Virus record (IMG/VR): IMGVR_UViG_3300048901_000305
Span: 1 to 44,877 of that record
DNA from: a virus
Lineage: Duplodnaviria > Caudoviricetes
Length of the DNA stretch: 44,877 bases
Direction: 5' to 3' (one strand)
In this document: piece by piece, positions 34,229 through 44,159 of the stretch
Layout: every line of letters begins with the position of its first letter
Numbering within the stretch: the stretch's first letter is position 1
Notes under the pieces: generated by a model
Told to the model about the DNA's origin: nothing
Seen by the model: only the letters and a program-made list of their open reading frames with translations
The model's database searches: none
Program-made: the position numbers and the translations under genes

Positions 34229-35392
34229 ATGGCCGGATCAGGCCAGGGCACTTACTATGACCTGACGGACCCCGAGGTCCGGCAGAACTGGGAGCGCGAG
34301 CTCCACGTCGAGGTCGCTAAGCGCACGGCCTTGATGAACCCCACTTCCGGCATGGTGGGCGACGACGAGAACAGCGTCGTCCAGCGGAAGAAGGAGGTCT
34401 TCAAGGACGGCGGCTCCCAGGCGACCGTCACCCTCTCCCGCCAGCTCCGCAACAAGCCGGTCTTCGGCAACGCGACCCTCCGCGACCGCGAGGAGTCGAT
34501 CGTCACCAAGACCTTCAAGTACCAGATCAACCAGATTCGGAACGCCGTCCAGGTCAACGGCCGAATAACAAAACAGAGGGTCACATGGGACATCTGGAAG
34601 CGCTCCCTGAAACTCGTAGGCGAGTACTGGCCGAAGGTGATCGAGTCGGCGGCGTTCCTCCACGCGTGCGGGGTTCCCTACAACGTTAGCACCCAGAACG
34701 AGCCGTTCCTCGACGGGACGGACCTCGGCTGCACCTTCTCGAACGTTCCCAGGGAGCCCGACGCCAACCACATCGTCCGCATCAACGACAACGGCGGCGG
34801 CGCCTACTTCGACGAGGACGTGAACGGCGACCCCAGCGCCATCCTCGACACCGACATCGCCGCCCGGCTGGTCGCGCAGGCCAAGGTGCTGCCGATTCCC
34901 ATTCGGCCGGCGATGATTCACGGGGAGGAGCTCTACGTCTTGTGGCTCCACACCTACCAGGTGCGCCACCTCAAGCAGAACTTCACCTCGTGGTTCCAGA
35001 AGATGCGGGACGCGATGAAGGGCGGCTTGCTCGCCGACAACCCGCGGATCACCGGCGCTCTCGGGATCGAGGACGGCGTGCTTTTCATGGAGTCGGCCTT
35101 TATCCCGACCGGCTTCCACCACACCACCCACGCGCGCCAGGCCAACACCCGGCGGGCCGTCTTCGGCGGCGCCCAGATGCTGACCATGGGCTTCGGCAAG
35201 GAGACCCCGGACGAGAACACCTTCGTCAACGCCGAGGAATCCTGGGACTACGCCAACAACAAGGGCATCTCCGCCGCGATCCTCGCGGGCATCGCCTCCC
35301 CCAGCTACGCCGTCGACGAGCAGGGCACGACGGACGATTTCGCCAAGATCGTCGTGACCAGCTACGCCAAGGAGATCTACACCTCGGTGTAG
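34229..35392 (+). CDS. Major capsid protein (N4-gp56/DUF4043-like)
   Basis: INQIRNAV, IRPAMIHGEELYVLWLHTYQ, NPRITGALG, RRAVFGGAQ; strong codon bias. Confidence 0.9.
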   Translation: MAGSGQGTYYDLTDPEVRQNWERELHVEVAKRTALMNPTSGMVGDDENSVVQRKKEVFKDGGSQATVTLSRQLRNKPVFGNATLRDREESIVTKTFKYQINQIRNAVQVNGRITKQRVTWDIWKRSLKLVGEYWPKVIESAAFLHACGVPYNVSTQNEPFLDGTDLGCTFSNVPREPDANHIVRINDNGGGAYFDEDVNGDPSAILDTDIAARLVAQAKVLPIPIRPAMIHGEELYVLWLHTYQVRHLKQNFTSWFQKMRDAMKGGLLADNPRITGALGIEDGVLFMESAFIPTGFHHTTHARQANTRRAVFGGAQMLTMGFGKETPDENTFVNAEESWDYANNKGISAAILAGIASPSYAVDEQGTTDDFAKIVVTSYAKEIYTSV

Positions 35393-35405
35393 GAAAGGAG
35401 ATTCG

Positions 35406-35867
35406 ATGGCCACCGTCCTCGATCCGAAGTACTGGCCCAACAACGTCCGCATCCCCCAGGGAGACGCCGAGGGCCACCAGTCGCTGCAGCTCCTGGCGCT
35501 CGCGACGGGCGCCACTAACGACATCCGTAAGCTCTTCAAGCTCCCCCGCGGCATCCAGATCACCGACTGCCTCATGCAGACCGGCGACCTCGACACCGGC
35601 GCCGGGCTCGTGATGAGCCTGCGGATCACCAACGGAACCACGACCAAGCTCCTGATCGACAGCACCGCCGTCGGCCAGGCGGGCGGCGTGGCCCGGCCCA
35701 CGAAGATCATCACCACGGAGAACGGGCTCGGCTTCGTGACCCCGGACGCCTCCTATTGGGTGGAGATCCTCTACAACACGCAGGCGGCGGGCGCGCAGGC
35801 GGCCGACGTCTTCATCGGCTTCCACTTCGCGGGAGGGTCCTACACCACGGGCACCATCACCGACTAG
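35406..35867 (+). CDS. Capsid cement/decoration protein (putative)
   Basis: Directly after the capsid gene; beta-sandwich-like; AAAGGAG SD. Confidence 0.7.
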   Translation: MATVLDPKYWPNNVRIPQGDAEGHQSLQLLALATGATNDIRKLFKLPRGIQITDCLMQTGDLDTGAGLVMSLRITNGTTTKLLIDSTAVGQAGGVARPTKIITTENGLGFVTPDASYWVEILYNTQAAGAQAADVFIGFHFAGGSYTTGTITD

Positions 35868-35873
35868 GGCAAG

Positions 35874-35935
35874 CCGGCCGGCCGGGGGGTCTCCTCCGGT
35901 CGGGTTGCCGGGCCATCTCCTCCTGGCCGGCCGGG
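35874..35935 (+). terminator. GC-rich hairpin after the capsid/cement genes
   Basis: CCGGCCGGCCGGGGG / CTCCTGGCCGGCCGG pairing; no adjacent U tract. Confidence 0.4.
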
Positions 35936-35989
35936 ACTGCTTCGGAGAAAGACAGTCATTTTATGACCGACTTTTGAAGACATGACCTT

Positions 35990-36772
35990 GTGAGCGACGT
36001 CGGCACCATCGTCCAGCAGATCTACTCCGACACCCACGGGCTGATGTCGTTGACCGACGTCCGCCGGAAGGTGCTGGACGCGATGCGCTTCCACCGGGAC
36101 AAGCACCTCTGGTTCTCGGAGCGCACGGCCCGCTTCAACCTGACCGCTGGCCGGCAGAACTACGCCCCCGGCGACGGCTACGGCCTGCCTGCCGACGTCG
36201 TCGAGATCGTCTCGAAGAACGTCTGGATCGTCGTCTCGGGAAACGAGGACTACCGGCTCCGCTGCACCCGGGTGGACCGCACCAGCTTCGACTACTCGCT
36301 CTCCCAGAACGCGAGTCGCTCCCAGCCCTTCGAGTGGTCCTGGTGGCAGAAGCAACTCCAGTTCTACCCGATCCCCTCCTCGGCCCTTGACATCGTGGAG
36401 TTCCGCTACGTCCGGGACATCGGCATCCCGGTCACCCGCTACGACGCGGTTGGGACCCTGACCGGGGGAGCCCCGGGCTTCGTCTTCATGGACCCCACGG
36501 GGTCGAGCCCCTGGGCCGCGGCCGAGCTCGACGCCTACGCCAACGACTGGACGGACCCCGCCGGCGCCGGCGACATGATCCGCGAGCGGGCCCACTATCT
36601 GGTCTACCAGGTCCTCAAGGACCCCGACGCGGCGCAGATTCACCTCCAGACCTGGCTCGAGCTGGTCGCCCAGATCGAAGGCGAGAGCGAGAGCCGCACC
36701 GAGGGCGGGGACTCGATCGCCCCCAACATCCTGGGCGGCGGTGGCGCGGGGGACCTCTTCGGATTCCCATGA
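35990..36772 (+). CDS. Head-tail adaptor / tail tubular A-like protein
   Basis: FNLTAGRQNY..LPAD and LQFYPIPS motifs; position after the head genes. Confidence 0.75.
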   Translation: MSDVGTIVQQIYSDTHGLMSLTDVRRKVLDAMRFHRDKHLWFSERTARFNLTAGRQNYAPGDGYGLPADVVEIVSKNVWIVVSGNEDYRLRCTRVDRTSFDYSLSQNASRSQPFEWSWWQKQLQFYPIPSSALDIVEFRYVRDIGIPVTRYDAVGTLTGGAPGFVFMDPTGSSPWAAAELDAYANDWTDPAGAGDMIRERAHYLVYQVLKDPDAAQIHLQTWLELVAQIEGESESRTEGGDSIAPNILGGGGAGDLFGFP

Positions 36773-37104
36773 TGGCCGACGAAGGCATCTCCCTCCGCGA
36801 CCACTTCGAGGCTCTCCGCCGAGACGATCAGAAGGCGATCGAGCGCGCCGTCGACGCCCTGGAGACACGCCTGGCGGGGATGAACGAGTTCCGTCAGGCG
36901 CTCACCGACCAGGGCGCTAGCATGATGCCTCGCCAGGAGGCAGACGCTCGCTTGAACAGCCTGTCGGCTCAGCTCGGCGAGCTCCGGGCGCGGCTCGATC
37001 GCGGCGAGGGCAAGGGCTCCGGTCTTGCCGCCGGCTGGGGTTACCTGGTCGGCGGCCTGGGCCTCGTTGCCGCCGTCGTCTCCCTCGTCATGAGGTTTCG
37101 CTGA
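36769..37104 (+). CDS. Coiled-coil protein with C-terminal transmembrane helix
   Basis: RLAGMNEFRQAL; WGYLVGGLGLVAAVVSLVM. Confidence 0.7.
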   Translation: MMADEGISLRDHFEALRRDDQKAIERAVDALETRLAGMNEFRQALTDQGASMMPRQEADARLNSLSAQLGELRARLDRGEGKGSGLAAGWGYLVGGLGLVAAVVSLVMRFR

Positions 37105-38666
37105 TGCCCAAGCGCACCTTTCTCCCCTTCGGCGAGTGGCTGCCGGACCAGAGGCTTTTCTTGAACCAGGGGCTTCTCCGGGCGGAGGGCGTGGTGCCGG
37201 TCTACGGGAACTACTTCGTGGCTCCCACCCCGCAGTTCCTGGGAGCCGTGCTCCCGCAGACGGCCTACGGCCTCGGAGTCTTGCCAACGTCGCCCAGTGC
37301 CTGGCGCGCCTACGTCGGGACCACGTCCAAGATTTACGAGGTGACCAACGCCGGCGTGAGGACGGATCGGTCGGGCGCCGCCTACGCTACACCGGACACC
37401 ACCTCCGGCAGCCAGATTCTCGCCTTCGGTCAGAGCGTGATCGAGACGAGGTACACCGCGCCGCCCAACATCCTGCTCTCTGGCGCAGCGGCCTTCGTGC
37501 CCCTGCACTCCGGAACGTTTGCGCCGGCCGGCCGCTTCCCCTTCACCATCCGCGGAAACCTCTTTTTGGCGCACTGCTCGGTTCCGGCCCCCTATGACGC
37601 CGTGCCCGCGGGCGCCAACCCGCAACTCGTCGCCTGGTCTCAGACGGACGCCCCGCGCTTCTTCGGTGGACCGCGGGTCGACCCTCAGTACGTCGGTTCC
37701 GACTACCAGCAAATTCAAAACGACTACGGCATGATCACTGGGGCGGTAGGCGGGGATTATGGGCTCGTTTTCCAGCAGCGCGCCGTCGTCAGGGTCGATG
37801 GGCCACCGTATACCTTCCAGGAAATTGTGCGCGGCAAGGGCTGCCGTTACCCGAATTCCATCGTGCAGGACGAGCAGAACACCTACTTCTGGGGGCCTGG
37901 AGGCCCGACCGTTCTGGAGTACGGCGGCCAGCTCCAGAAGAGCGACCAGTTCACCACCCTGGGCGATGGAAAGGTGAGCCGCACCCTGCTCGACAACACG
38001 ACCAGCTTCTCCTCGTACGCCTCGGCCTCCGGCATGGACCCAATCTTCGTTGGGGCGGTCGCCGACAACACCAACGGTCTGATCTTCTGGGCCTACACCA
38101 AGGTGCTCGGGGGAATCAACGGCGCCAACATCCTTTGCTATAACATCAACGAGAAGCGCTTCTCCTTTTTTCGCACGGGGCCACTCAACGGTGGTACGGA
38201 GAGCGGCATTCTTTTTCCCCGCTGGCGTAGCGACACGGGAGACAGCTGGACCCCCGGGCAGAACCAAGTCTTTATTATCCGAATCTACGACGGCGCAACC
38301 GCCGGCGATTTTCTGAGCACATGGTCTCCGATCGGAACTGCCCCCGCCACGTTGGAGAACGGCTACTTTCAGCTCGACCCGAACGCTACCACGAGAATTC
38401 TCCGAGTGCGGCCGATCCTCTCCTACTCGCCCAGCGCGGGCGCGACCGTCACCACCTCCCTGAAGGACGTGAACGTGCCCTATGGGACCCCGGCGGTTTC
38501 CGCGCTGCAGCTCGTTCCAGACGGCATGGGTTGGTACGCCGCGCAGTCGTCGCTATTCACCGACTTCCACTCTCTTTCCATGGTTCTCGGCGGCCAGGTT
38601 TCGGCCGTCAACGAAATGAAGGGCTGGGAGATCGAGTACGAGACGGGGGGCGCCTACAGTGCGTAA
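37104..38666 (+). CDS. Tail nozzle / stabilisation protein (tubular B-like)
   Basis: LPFGEWLPDQ N-terminus; VAWS...GSDYQ; GKGCRYPNSIV; beta-propeller-like composition. Confidence 0.8.
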   Translation: MPKRTFLPFGEWLPDQRLFLNQGLLRAEGVVPVYGNYFVAPTPQFLGAVLPQTAYGLGVLPTSPSAWRAYVGTTSKIYEVTNAGVRTDRSGAAYATPDTTSGSQILAFGQSVIETRYTAPPNILLSGAAAFVPLHSGTFAPAGRFPFTIRGNLFLAHCSVPAPYDAVPAGANPQLVAWSQTDAPRFFGGPRVDPQYVGSDYQQIQNDYGMITGAVGGDYGLVFQQRAVVRVDGPPYTFQEIVRGKGCRYPNSIVQDEQNTYFWGPGGPTVLEYGGQLQKSDQFTTLGDGKVSRTLLDNTTSFSSYASASGMDPIFVGAVADNTNGLIFWAYTKVLGGINGANILCYNINEKRFSFFRTGPLNGGTESGILFPRWRSDTGDSWTPGQNQVFIIRIYDGATAGDFLSTWSPIGTAPATLENGYFQLDPNATTRILRVRPILSYSPSAGATVTTSLKDVNVPYGTPAVSALQLVPDGMGWYAAQSSLFTDFHSLSMVLGGQVSAVNEMKGWEIEYETGGAYSA

Positions 38667-38672
38667 ACCAGC

Positions 38673-39254
38673 ATGAGCGGGGCGCCGGTGCTCAACTACA
38701 ACCCTGAGGATGAGAGCCCTGGGAAGGTGAACGCGCGGGCTATCGAGGCCACGCTCTCCGATGCCTACAACGTGGTCTACCTCGGAGCCGCTAACCTGAT
38801 CCCCCAGGCTGGCGCCGCCTACGGCAATATCGGCTCCGTGGCGGCGGGTTACGTCGGCTTCGCGGCTGCAGCCGTCCAGAACTGCTTTGGGAGCCTTCGA
38901 CGCCGCTCCCGCTGGATCGACGGCTTTCTCCAGTTCCGCCTCTTTTACTCGGGGAGCGCCTCCTCGACCAACCCGGCGCAGATCCGGCTCCGAGCCGCGG
39001 CGACGAAGGTGGGCACCGACCTCACCAACCCAGGTGGTATTGGCGCGGGCGTCAACTTCGCCGTTCCGGGGCCCGCCACTCTCAACTTCCAGGCGGAGCT
39101 CGACCCGGCGACTCGGCTCTTCGTCGACCAGACCACCGACACCATCCACTTCCGCGTCGAGCGCATGGGGACCCTGGGCACCGACACCTACGCGGGCACG
39201 TTCTACCTGCTGGGGGTGCAGATCACCTACCAGCCCAACCGGAGGATCGGATGA
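38673..39254 (+). CDS. Tail-associated structural protein
   Basis: Beta-rich, follows the nozzle; FRVERMG..DTYAG. Confidence 0.65.
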   Translation: MSGAPVLNYNPEDESPGKVNARAIEATLSDAYNVVYLGAANLIPQAGAAYGNIGSVAAGYVGFAAAAVQNCFGSLRRRSRWIDGFLQFRLFYSGSASSTNPAQIRLRAAATKVGTDLTNPGGIGAGVNFAVPGPATLNFQAELDPATRLFVDQTTDTIHFRVERMGTLGTDTYAGTFYLLGVQITYQPNRRIG

Positions 39255-39832
39255 GCGACCCGATCCAACCCCTCCCCCCGGGTTTCGCGAGTTTCCCGGA
39301 GGAGCGCCACGTGCTTCTCTGGAACACGCTCATGGAGGCGCACCTCAACGCGGCGATCAACAACCTGAACGCCAGCCGAGAGGTCGCCGTAGTCGCCTTC
39401 CAGGGCTCGGGGAGCATGGCCCAGGCGCTGGCGGCCGGGCTCCTGACCACCGGCCTGCGGCACGCTCCCCTGGCGGCGGCGCGGGACGTTCTCCTGGCAA
39501 GCCCCGAAGAGATCGAGCAGGCGGCCAGGGACTGCGGTGCGGTCCCAGGGTTTGGCAACTCGTTCTATCCGAGCGGTGATCTCGCCTTCGTCCCGGTGGG
39601 CGCTGTGCTGGAGGCGGAGTTCCCGGAGTGGCACGCCCGCATCTGCGCCGGGCGGGAAGCACTACTCCGCGGACTTCAACCGCTCAAGGCGGCGGTGGGC
39701 GGGCACGAACCGAACGCGGGACTCTACACCGCAGTTGTTTGCGAGGTCTGCCAGGTCCCCCGCGGCGCCGAGCTCGTAGTCTTCCTTCTTCCCAGGATCG
39801 GCGTCTGGGCACTGGAGGCATTGAAGCGATGA
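39251..39832 (+). CDS. Citrate-synthase-fold protein with degenerate active site
   Basis: AH...NAS, ALAAGLLTTGLRHA, VPGFGNSFY..GD, PNAGLYTA, VFLLPRIGVW are colinear with citrate synthase motifs. Confidence 0.75.
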   Translation: MSDPIQPLPPGFASFPEERHVLLWNTLMEAHLNAAINNLNASREVAVVAFQGSGSMAQALAAGLLTTGLRHAPLAAARDVLLASPEEIEQAARDCGAVPGFGNSFYPSGDLAFVPVGAVLEAEFPEWHARICAGREALLRGLQPLKAAVGGHEPNAGLYTAVVCEVCQVPRGAELVVFLLPRIGVWALEALKR

Positions 39833-40098
39833 AGACATCCGACGAACTGCCTATCGCTGGCGGCCCGACGGGCCTGCTCTCCCGCAGTCACCTGGAAGAC
39901 CTCCTCAAGAGCGGCGAGACGCAGCCGATTCCCGGGGCCCACACCCTGGCCGACTACCAGGAGCACTTTCTCTCCGCGGCTCGGGCCGCTCATGATGCGG
40001 CGCCCCCGGAGGTGCAGGCCGCCAGGCCGCTCGACATCCCCTTCATCAAGCACTTCGCGGGTCGGCTGTACCGACAGCACCACGGGACGGTGAAATGA
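39829..40098 (+). CDS. Hypothetical protein
   Basis: ATGA overlaps at both ends. Confidence 0.65.
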   Translation: MKTSDELPIAGGPTGLLSRSHLEDLLKSGETQPIPGAHTLADYQEHFLSAARAAHDAAPPEVQAARPLDIPFIKHFAGRLYRQHHGTVK

Positions 40099-40601
40099 CC
40101 CCCTTCTTCGTCACCGGATACCCGCGCTCGCGCACCGCCTGGTGGGCCGCCTTCCTCTCGACGGGGCCGGTGCTCTGCCTCCACGACCCCACGGCCTGGT
40201 GCGACCCCCTGGAGCCTCCGGTGGGCAGGGGCGAGCGCTTCGGCATCGCGGACTCTGGCCTCGCCACCTACGCGCAGGCGCTCTTCGAGAAATGGCCCGG
40301 GGCGCCCCTCCTCGTCGTGCGTCGGCCGCGCGAGGAGAGCTTTCGAAGCTTCTGCTCCTGGCTTCCGGCCGAGACCCCTCTTCCTGCCGCACAGGCCGGC
40401 TTCTCGCTGGTCGCGGGCGCGCTCGACACGTTGCTCCTCGCGCGGCCGTACCACGAGATCCTTTACACCGATCTTGACGACCCCCTCGCGGTTGCCGAGG
40501 CGTGGTCCTTTCTGCTCCCGGACATTCCCTTTTCGGCCGCTCGCTGGGAGATCTTCTCCCGACTCCGCATCGAGACGGGAGGTCACCCATGGGTTGGATA
40601 G
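40095..40601 (+). CDS. Sulfotransferase-like P-loop protein
   Basis: FFVTGYPRSRTAW (5'-PSB-like), CLHDP, VVRRPREESFRS (3'-PB-like R..S). Confidence 0.75.
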   Translation: MTPFFVTGYPRSRTAWWAAFLSTGPVLCLHDPTAWCDPLEPPVGRGERFGIADSGLATYAQALFEKWPGAPLLVVRRPREESFRSFCSWLPAETPLPAAQAGFSLVAGALDTLLLARPYHEILYTDLDDPLAVAEAWSFLLPDIPFSAARWEIFSRLRIETGGHPWVG

Positions 40602-41089
40602 CGGGGCTTGCCGCGGCGGCAGTCGCCGCCTACGGCCAGTACTCAAGCGCGCAGGCGGCGAACAAGCCCAAGAAGGGCTACACCGACCAGACCACCACCC
40701 AGGTGGGCAACTACGCCAACGAGCTCCAGCCCGACTTCCGCCAGGTCATGGAGCTGATGCGGGGCAACATCGCGCACGGCCCCCAGTACATCCCCGGCGG
40801 CCACCTGGCCCACGCGGAGGGCGACTGGCCGACTCCTCACGGCGGCGGCGATGCCGGCCCTCCTCAAGCCCTGGTTCCGGACGAGCAGCCCCAGCTTCCC
40901 GGAAGCGACCAAGCCTCCGGCCTCTCCTCGATCGCTTCGCCGTCGCAGGAAGCGCCCTCCAGCCTGCCCGCCGGCGCCCGCCGCATGGGTGACCGGGTGA
41001 TCCTCGCGAGCGGAGAGACCCAGGGCATGAGCAAGGCCGGTCGGCACAGGGCGTGGATGGACTGGAAGGCCTCTCGAGGAGCTGCCTGA
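40589..41089 (+). CDS. Internal virion/ejection protein (small)
   Basis: MGWIAGLAAAAVAAYGQYSSAQAANK N-terminus typical of ejection proteins. Confidence 0.7.
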   Translation: MGWIAGLAAAAVAAYGQYSSAQAANKPKKGYTDQTTTQVGNYANELQPDFRQVMELMRGNIAHGPQYIPGGHLAHAEGDWPTPHGGGDAGPPQALVPDEQPQLPGSDQASGLSSIASPSQEAPSSLPAGARRMGDRVILASGETQGMSKAGRHRAWMDWKASRGAA

Positions 41090-42483
41090 TGGGCCAGTGG
41101 CGACGTGACCCGCCTCCCGCCCCGGCGCCTAAGCCGGCGCCCAAACCGGCGGCTACGCCGTCGAAGCCGGCGCCCCCGGCCAACCCCTACACCACACCAC
41201 AGGCCATCTTCTCGGCGACCGCCCAGAAGGGAATGAACGCCGGCAACGACGCCACGACTGCGGCGGCCCAGGCGGCGAACCGGCGCATGAGCGAGGGGGG
41301 CGCCAAGGCCGCGGCCACCGGCGGCTCGGGCTTCGAGTCCTACAACCCCATCCTCGACCGTCTCGATCGTGCGACCGAGGGGCAGGACAACGCCGGCGGG
41401 CAGGCCGCCCTCTCGCAGTTCCTTAGCGACGCGGGCTACGGTCCCGGTCCCGGTGGGGGTGGTGCCGGGGGGGGGCCCGCGTCGTCGCCGGGGTTCTTGA
41501 GCGAAGACGACCGCGAGGCGGCAATCGCCTCCGACCGGGCGATGGTGGCGGGCAGGGGCTCTGTTCCTGATACGGGCGCTGCGCCGGGAACCTTCTCCGA
41601 CTACATCAAAGGGCTCCTCTCCCAGACGGTCGACTCCAAGGATATTCAGCAGGTCGTCGACGCCAGCTCGGACGACGCCATGACCGCGTACTGGAAGGCA
41701 GCCCGGCAGCAGGACGCCGCGGCCCAGGGGGGCGGGCGCTTTGGCGGGGGCTCCTACAACGCCGACCTGACGGCCGGCCAGGCCGCGCTCGGGAAGACGA
41801 TCGCCGGCGTCTCCGCTGGGACCCGCCTGACCGCGGCGGACCAGCTGCGCCAGGCCCAGCTCGCCGGCGCCGGCCAGTTGAACCAGCGCGACATCGCCGC
41901 GATGAACGATGCCACCCAGCGGTACGGGATCTCGGCTTCAGCCGCGGCCTCCGGCGGGGCGACGGCTGCTCAGCAGGCGGCGGCTTACCGGGGGCAGAAC
42001 CTGGCCGCGATCCAGGCCATGCTCGGGCACAACGAGTACTCGACCTCGCTCCTCCAGGGGCTGGGCGCCCAGAGCTCGAAGGACCAGACCGACTCCATCG
42101 GCGCTGCCCCGGGGCTCGCCGGCATCTCCCTCGCGGGGGTGAATGCGGCCAACGCGGCGGGCGAGGGGCTCGTGAACCAGAACCAGGTCGACGCCAACAA
42201 GGCGGTAGGGATGGGGCAGGTGAGCGTCGGTCGCGGCAACCTGAACCTCGCCCGCGACCAGTACCAGACCGGGATCGATCAGTGGAACGCCGGGGCACCG
42301 TCGCGGGCCCTGGACGACTACATGAAGATGATACTGGCCATCTCCGGGACCGGTGGCACCTCGACCACCCAGGGCACCAACGTCGTCCCTGGTCTCGGGG
42401 TCTCGCCAACGGGCGCGGCGATCCAGGGCGGAGTCGGCAACGGCCTCGCCGCCTACGGCGCCTACAAAGCCTACAATGGATAG
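41089..42483 (+). CDS. DNA ejection/pilot protein
   Basis: Ala/Gly/Gln-rich; GGGRFGG; C-terminal GGVGNGLAAYG. Confidence 0.75.
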   Translation: MGQWRRDPPPAPAPKPAPKPAATPSKPAPPANPYTTPQAIFSATAQKGMNAGNDATTAAAQAANRRMSEGGAKAAATGGSGFESYNPILDRLDRATEGQDNAGGQAALSQFLSDAGYGPGPGGGGAGGGPASSPGFLSEDDREAAIASDRAMVAGRGSVPDTGAAPGTFSDYIKGLLSQTVDSKDIQQVVDASSDDAMTAYWKAARQQDAAAQGGGRFGGGSYNADLTAGQAALGKTIAGVSAGTRLTAADQLRQAQLAGAGQLNQRDIAAMNDATQRYGISASAAASGGATAAQQAAAYRGQNLAAIQAMLGHNEYSTSLLQGLGAQSSKDQTDSIGAAPGLAGISLAGVNAANAAGEGLVNQNQVDANKAVGMGQVSVGRGNLNLARDQYQTGIDQWNAGAPSRALDDYMKMILAISGTGGTSTTQGTNVVPGLGVSPTGAAIQGGVGNGLAAYGAYKAYNG

Positions 42484-42493
42484 AGGAACCAGA

Positions 42494-42922
42494 ATGGAAT
42501 CGTCGCTACTCGACCAGCTCGTAGCCGACCTCCGCACCGATGAGGGAGAGCGGCTCTACGCCTACAGGGACTCGCGGGGGTTTCTGACGATCGGCATCGG
42601 GATCAACATCGACCGCGCCGGCGGGGGCGGCATCACGGCCGAGGAATCTCTCCACCTCTGCCAGAACCGCCTCCGCGCGGCGGAAGCGGACCTCGACCGC
42701 GAGCTCCCCTGGTGGCGCAACATGAGCTCCGCCCGCCAGCGGGTTCTCGTCAACATGACCTACAACCTTGGCCTGGCCGGGCTCCTGGGGTTTCACCGAG
42801 CTCTCGCCGCGATGCAGGTGGGCGACTACGACAAAGCCGCGGACGAGATGGTCGACTCGGAGTGGTTTGAGGAGGTTGGCGCTCGCGCGGTGCGCCTGGT
42901 CGCGCTCATGAGGAAGGGGTAG
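42494..42922 (+). CDS. Lysozyme (T4-like/GH24 muramidase)
   Basis: DEGERLYAYRDSRGFLTIGIG (E-x8-D-x5-T); NMTYNLG; AADEMVDSEW...RAVRL. Confidence 0.92.
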   Translation: MESSLLDQLVADLRTDEGERLYAYRDSRGFLTIGIGINIDRAGGGGITAEESLHLCQNRLRAAEADLDRELPWWRNMSSARQRVLVNMTYNLGLAGLLGFHRALAAMQVGDYDKAADEMVDSEWFEEVGARAVRLVALMRKG

Positions 42923-42926
42923 ACAG

Positions 42927-44159
42927 ATGTTCGGCACGAGCTTCAGCGACTACCTCTCCGGCGCTGACTTCGGGGACGACTACGACCCGAGCGACCCCCT
43001 CGGCTTGCGGCGGTACCGCACGAGGAAGCTCTACCCAGGGGGGCCGCCGGTGGGCACTGCGATGTCGGCGACCCACCCGAAAGGCATCTCCTCCTTCTTC
43101 CCCTCGGCGCCGGAGCCGCCCAACTCTTCCCCGCCCAGGAACCCCGGCGACGACTCCGAAGACGGCGAGCGCGGCGAGCCCGGTGCGCCTCTCGGCCGTT
43201 CCGCTCGCGGGCTCGCGCTGATGAACCTGGGCCTGGGGATCGCCTCCGGCGCCAGCACGAACGACTACGCGGGCGGGCTCGCGCGGGGGATCGCCGGCTT
43301 CACGAACACCGTCCAGGCGGAGCGGCAGGCCGCCGTTGCCGAGGCCGCCCAGCGCCGGAAGGAAGCTCGGCAGGCCCAGCTTGACGAGCTCGAGCGCCGG
43401 TCCAAGGAGGCCACCATCGGTCACGTCGGCGCCGAGACCAGGAGCCTCGAGCAGGGCACCGACCTTGCGAAGGGGAAAGCGGCCCGCGAAGAGCAGCAGC
43501 GGCAGGCCGCCCCTGTCGTGGCGAACGCCCTCGTCCTCAACGTCGAGCAGATGGCGGGGAAGGACAGTCCCGAAGCCAACGCGGCCCGGGCCTACGCCTC
43601 CCTGCCCGAGCCCGACATGGACTCCCTGCGGAAGCTCCAGGACGCGGTTGCCGTCCGCTACCACCTGGGCGACGACGCCGCCGCCAAGCTCAAGGGCGAG
43701 GTGCCCGGGCTCCAGGCCCAGATCGCCGCGGGCGTGCGCGAGGACCCGGCCGCCGCCGCCGCGCGGGCGCGCCAGCAGCTGGGCTACGAGGGCCAGCGAG
43801 TGGTTCTGGAGGGCCGGAAGGTCTCCGCCTACGAGCGGCAGACCGAAAAGCAGGCGAACCGGGACCCCAGCCCCGAGCAAGAGCAGGACGACATCGCCCG
43901 CGAGACGGATAAGGTCTTCGCCCCGATGAAAGCCGCGCTCGACGCGCGCAGCGCCAGCGGCGGACTCAACCCCGCGAACCTCGACCCGAAGACCAGAAAG
44001 CCCCGGCCTGTCCCCACGCAGGCGGACTATGAGGCGGCCCGCCAAGCGGCTGAGCTCCAGGCCCGGAAAAACGTCAAGGCCCGCATGGATGCCATCCGTG
44101 CTCTTCGACCGACCGGCAAGCCGGGGCACTACGTCTACGACCCGCCGGACGAGCCGTGA
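42927..44159 (+). CDS. Ejection protein (middle)
   Basis: ALMNLGLGIASG...GLARGIAGF followed by a long helical region. Confidence 0.7.
   Translation: MFGTSFSDYLSGADFGDDYDPSDPLGLRRYRTRKLYPGGPPVGTAMSATHPKGISSFFPSAPEPPNSSPPRNPGDDSEDGERGEPGAPLGRSARGLALMNLGLGIASGASTNDYAGGLARGIAGFTNTVQAERQAAVAEAAQRRKEARQAQLDELERRSKEATIGHVGAETRSLEQGTDLAKGKAAREEQQRQAAPVVANALVLNVEQMAGKDSPEANAARAYASLPEPDMDSLRKLQDAVAVRYHLGDDAAAKLKGEVPGLQAQIAAGVREDPAAAAARARQQLGYEGQRVVLEGRKVSAYERQTEKQANRDPSPEQEQDDIARETDKVFAPMKAALDARSASGGLNPANLDPKTRKPRPVPTQADYEAARQAAELQARKNVKARMDAIRALRPTGKPGHYVYDPPDEP

Noticed and set aside
39251-39832. Functional TCA-cycle citrate synthase as an auxiliary metabolic gene
   Set aside because: About half the normal length, two catalytic residues substituted, and located in the virion module.
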